A stretch of 64,000 nt of DNA from positions 20,770,001 to 20,834,000 of the forward strand of contig OZ024760.1 of the NCBI GenBank assembly GCA_964016885.1, given 5' to 3'. The notes beneath the pieces were generated by a model, which saw nothing but the letters and a program-made list of their open reading frames with translations, was not told where the DNA came from and made no database searches. Shown one piece after another: positions 1 to 64,000 of this stretch (its first letter is position 1; each line of letters opens with the position of its first letter). Source of the stretch: Eledone cirrhosa. Its lineage: Eukaryota. Made by a program: the position numbers and the translations under genes.

Positions 1-1263
1 ACCTGTAAACTATATATATATATGGTACCTGTAAACTATATATATATATATATATGGTACCTGTAAACTATATATATATATGGTACCTGTAAACTATATA
101 GGTATATATATGGTACCTGTAAACTATATATATATATATATATATATGGTACCTGTAAACTATATAGGTATATATATGGTACCAGTAAACTATATATATA
201 TATATATGGTACCTGTAAACTATATATATATATATGGTACCTGTAAACTATATATATATGGTACCTGTAAACTATATATATATCTATATGGTACCTGTAA
301 ACTATATATATATATATATGGTACCTGTAAACTATATATATATATATATATATATATATGGTACCTGTAAACTATATATATATATATATATATGGTACCT
401 GTAAACTATATATATATATATATGGTACCTGTAAACTATATATATATATATATATATATGGTACCTGTAAACTATATATATATATATATATATATGGTAC
501 CTGTAAACTATATATATATATATATATGGTACCTGTAAACTATATATATATATGGTACCTGTAAACTATATATATATATATATAGTACCTGTAAACTATA
601 TATATATATATGGTACCTGTAAACTATATATATATATATATGGTACCTGTAAACTATATATATATATATATGGTACCTGTAAACTATATATATATATATA
701 TATATATATATGGTACCTGTAAACTATATATATATATATGGTACCTGTAAACTATATAGGTATATATATGGTACCTGTAAACTATATATATATATATATG
801 GTACCTGTAAACTATATATATATATATATATGGTACCTGTAAACTATATATATATATATATATGGTACCTGTAAACTATATATATATATATGGTACCTGT
901 AAACTATATATATATATGGTACCTGTAAACTATATAGGTATATATATGGTACCTGTAAACTATATATATATATATATATGGTACCTGTAAACTATATATA
1001 TATGGTACCTGTAAACTATATATATATGGTACCTGTAAACTATATAGATATATATGGTACCTGTAAACTATATAGGTATATATATGGTACCTGTAAACTA
1101 TATATATATATATATGGTACCTGTAAACTATATAGATATATATAGTACCTGTAAACTATATATATATGGTACCTGTAAACTATATAGGTATATATATGGT
1201 ACCTATAAACTATATAGGTATATATATGGTACCTGTAAACTATATATATATATGGTACCAGTA

Positions 1264-1297
<34 letters not shown>

Positions 1298-1466
1298 TAC
1301 CTGTAAACTATATATATATATATATGGTACCTGTAAACTACATAGATATATATATATATATGGTACCAGTAAACTATATATATATATATGGTACCTGTAA
1401 ACTGTATAGATATATATATATGGTACCTGTAAACTATATAGATATATATATGGTACCTGTAAACTA
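1..1466. repeat. Compound satellite: constant GGTACCTGTAAAC core plus variable (TA)n
   Basis: Directly visible; continues off the window edge. Confidence 0.95.
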
Positions 1467-1769
1467 TCATCATCATCATCCTTTCATTTCACATTCACTT
1501 TTCCCTGCTTTCAAGGGTGGGAAGGGAACAGATTCTGGCTTGATTTCTACAGCTGGATGCCCTTCCTAACACCAACCTCATTTACAGTGAGTGCTGGGTG
1601 CTCTTTTACCATGGCACCTCCACGACCACTTTGCAGTGGAATGATAGGGACCCCAGTTCCTATCATCTCATTTCTACAGCTGAGTAAACTGGAACAATGT
1701 GAGATAAAGTGTCTTGCTCAAGGAAACAACACATCACCCGGTCTGAGAATTGAACTCACAACCTTTCGA
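1467..1769 (-). mobile_element. SINE family 2 copy, head truncated
   Basis: Near-identical to consensus; inserted at the end of the satellite and flanked by aaactat. Confidence 0.8.
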
Positions 1770-2002
1770 AACTATATAGATATATACTGAGATATAAATA
1801 TACTTGTTCCTCAACCTACAACTTATAACATATTCTTTGAAAATGAAAACCATTTTCTCTAGGACACACCATTTCAGAACCTTTGATAGACACACACACA
1901 CACATACATTCTCATTTATAGCATATGTGTGTGTGTTTCTGCATTACAATGAAAGTGTTGTGAAGCACAGCACAACAACAACTAGACCAACTGCCAACTT
2001 AC

Positions 2003-62819
<60,817 letters not shown>

Positions 62820-63347
62820 CTAGTTAAAATAACAAACAACAAAATAATTAATTAATTAAAGTTTAAGACAACAATCTCCAATTAAATTATATGTTTGCAA
62901 TAAAAAAGAAAATAACTTAATGAAAGGGAAATGGAGGAGGGAGGGGGGGGGGGGGGGGTTAGTAGACTCTAGACCCCAGTTGAGGTGGAATATTGCAGTT
63001 GCACACTGCAGACAAAATGGCATTGCTGTGGAGAACAGCCAGCAATACCCACTACATCATCCACCTTCAAAAAGATTCCTTCTTCCGACGGGATGCAAGT
63101 GCAAGCCCAGCGAGTGGAAGTTCATTGCTCCAGTGTGTCACCCTTTCAGTCCTCTTCTACATCTTGTTGGCCGGGACTACGAGGTAGACTGTCCTTAAAC
63201 TTTCATTTATGGTGGTGGTGGTATGTGGAATGAATTTACTTGCATTAAGTCTACTCCTTAAGGTATTTACTGTACCTCTTGTTAGTCATCAGTTACACTA
63301 CAGTCACACACTAACTACAGCTACTGTAACAGCAATATTAATAAAAA

Positions 63348-63533
63348 GGGCGGTGGATTGGCAGTATCGGTAGAGGGTCGGACGCCATGCTTTCCAGCAT
63401 AGTTACGTCTCTTTACGATCTGAGTTCAAATCCCGCCGAGGTTGACTTTGCCTTTCATCCTTACGGGGTCGATAAAATAAAGTACCAGTAATGTACTGAA
63501 TAATTGCTGGCCCTGTGCCAAAAGTAGAAACAA
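63348..63533 (+). mobile_element. tRNA-derived SINE family 1, full copy
   Basis: A-box-like TGGCAGTATCGG, B box GAGTTCAAATCC, core GCCTTTCATCCTTACGGGGTCGATAAAATAAAGTACCAG (Nin/Deu-like), TSD aatattaataaaa. Confidence 0.85.
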
Positions 63534-64000
63534 ATATTAATAAAATGTAGATAAAAATAATATAACAATTTTGAAAACATAGTAGCTGTGATACAGATAA
63601 CTACTATAATAGTTGATAACCACAAAGCTTGGCTTCAGCAGGATTACAAGCCAAAACAATGTATATTATATTGTGTGTGCACTTACAATTTTCCCCCTCC
63701 AACAACAACAACAACAACAATAAAAATAATAATAATGGTTTCTGATTTAGGCACAAGGCCAGCAATTTTGGGGGAGAGGAAAGTCTATCAAATCCATCCC
63801 AGTGCGTTACTGGTACTTTATTTTATTGACTCCATAAAGATGAAAGGCAAAGCTAACCCCCTGCAGAATTCGAACTCAGCAAGTAAAGGACCAGATATAT
63901 ATTTATGTATAATAAGAAAGACATTGATAATAGTGAGGTTAAAATATTGTGATATTATATATGACAATATGACAAGTTTGGGGATCTCAGACAGGAAGTT

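Noticed and set aside
1-1466. CRISPR-like look (constant repeat plus variable spacer)
   Set aside because: Spacers are only (TA)n, the context is a eukaryotic intron, and there are no cas genes.

Overview
AT-rich, repeat-dense animal genomic DNA. The tRNA-SINE/RTE-LINE/(TA)n repeat landscape suggests an octopod cephalopod, which is an inference. The whole window lies inside one minus-strand gene, an LRP1-type giant LDL-receptor-family gene. I reconstructed 38 consecutive coding exons (62819 to 2003; 6627 nt, 2209 codons) with consistent phases. They run from the EGF module after ligand cluster II through four YWTD beta-propeller/EGF units, an 8-repeat LDLa cluster III, two EGFs, a fifth propeller and the first five LDLa repeats of cluster IV. 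Both ends of the gene lie outside the window. Introns hold two tRNA-derived SINE families, TA- and TTAA-type MITEs, RTE/CR1 LINE debris and many minisatellites, most amplified from pieces of those elements. Four observations stand out. (1) Three ~160-bp-arm foldback palindromes each carry a pair of outward-facing type I hammerhead ribozyme motifs with covarying stems, and several solo hammerheads occur elsewhere, one a U3-A8 variant; all look like Penelope pLTR remnants. (2) An intact two-LDLa exon has AA instead of AG at its acceptor, a candidate splice site created by A-to-I editing. (3) A two-LDLa exon is tandemly duplicated within a remodelled cluster III. (4) An exon fragment has been copied into its own downstream intron.
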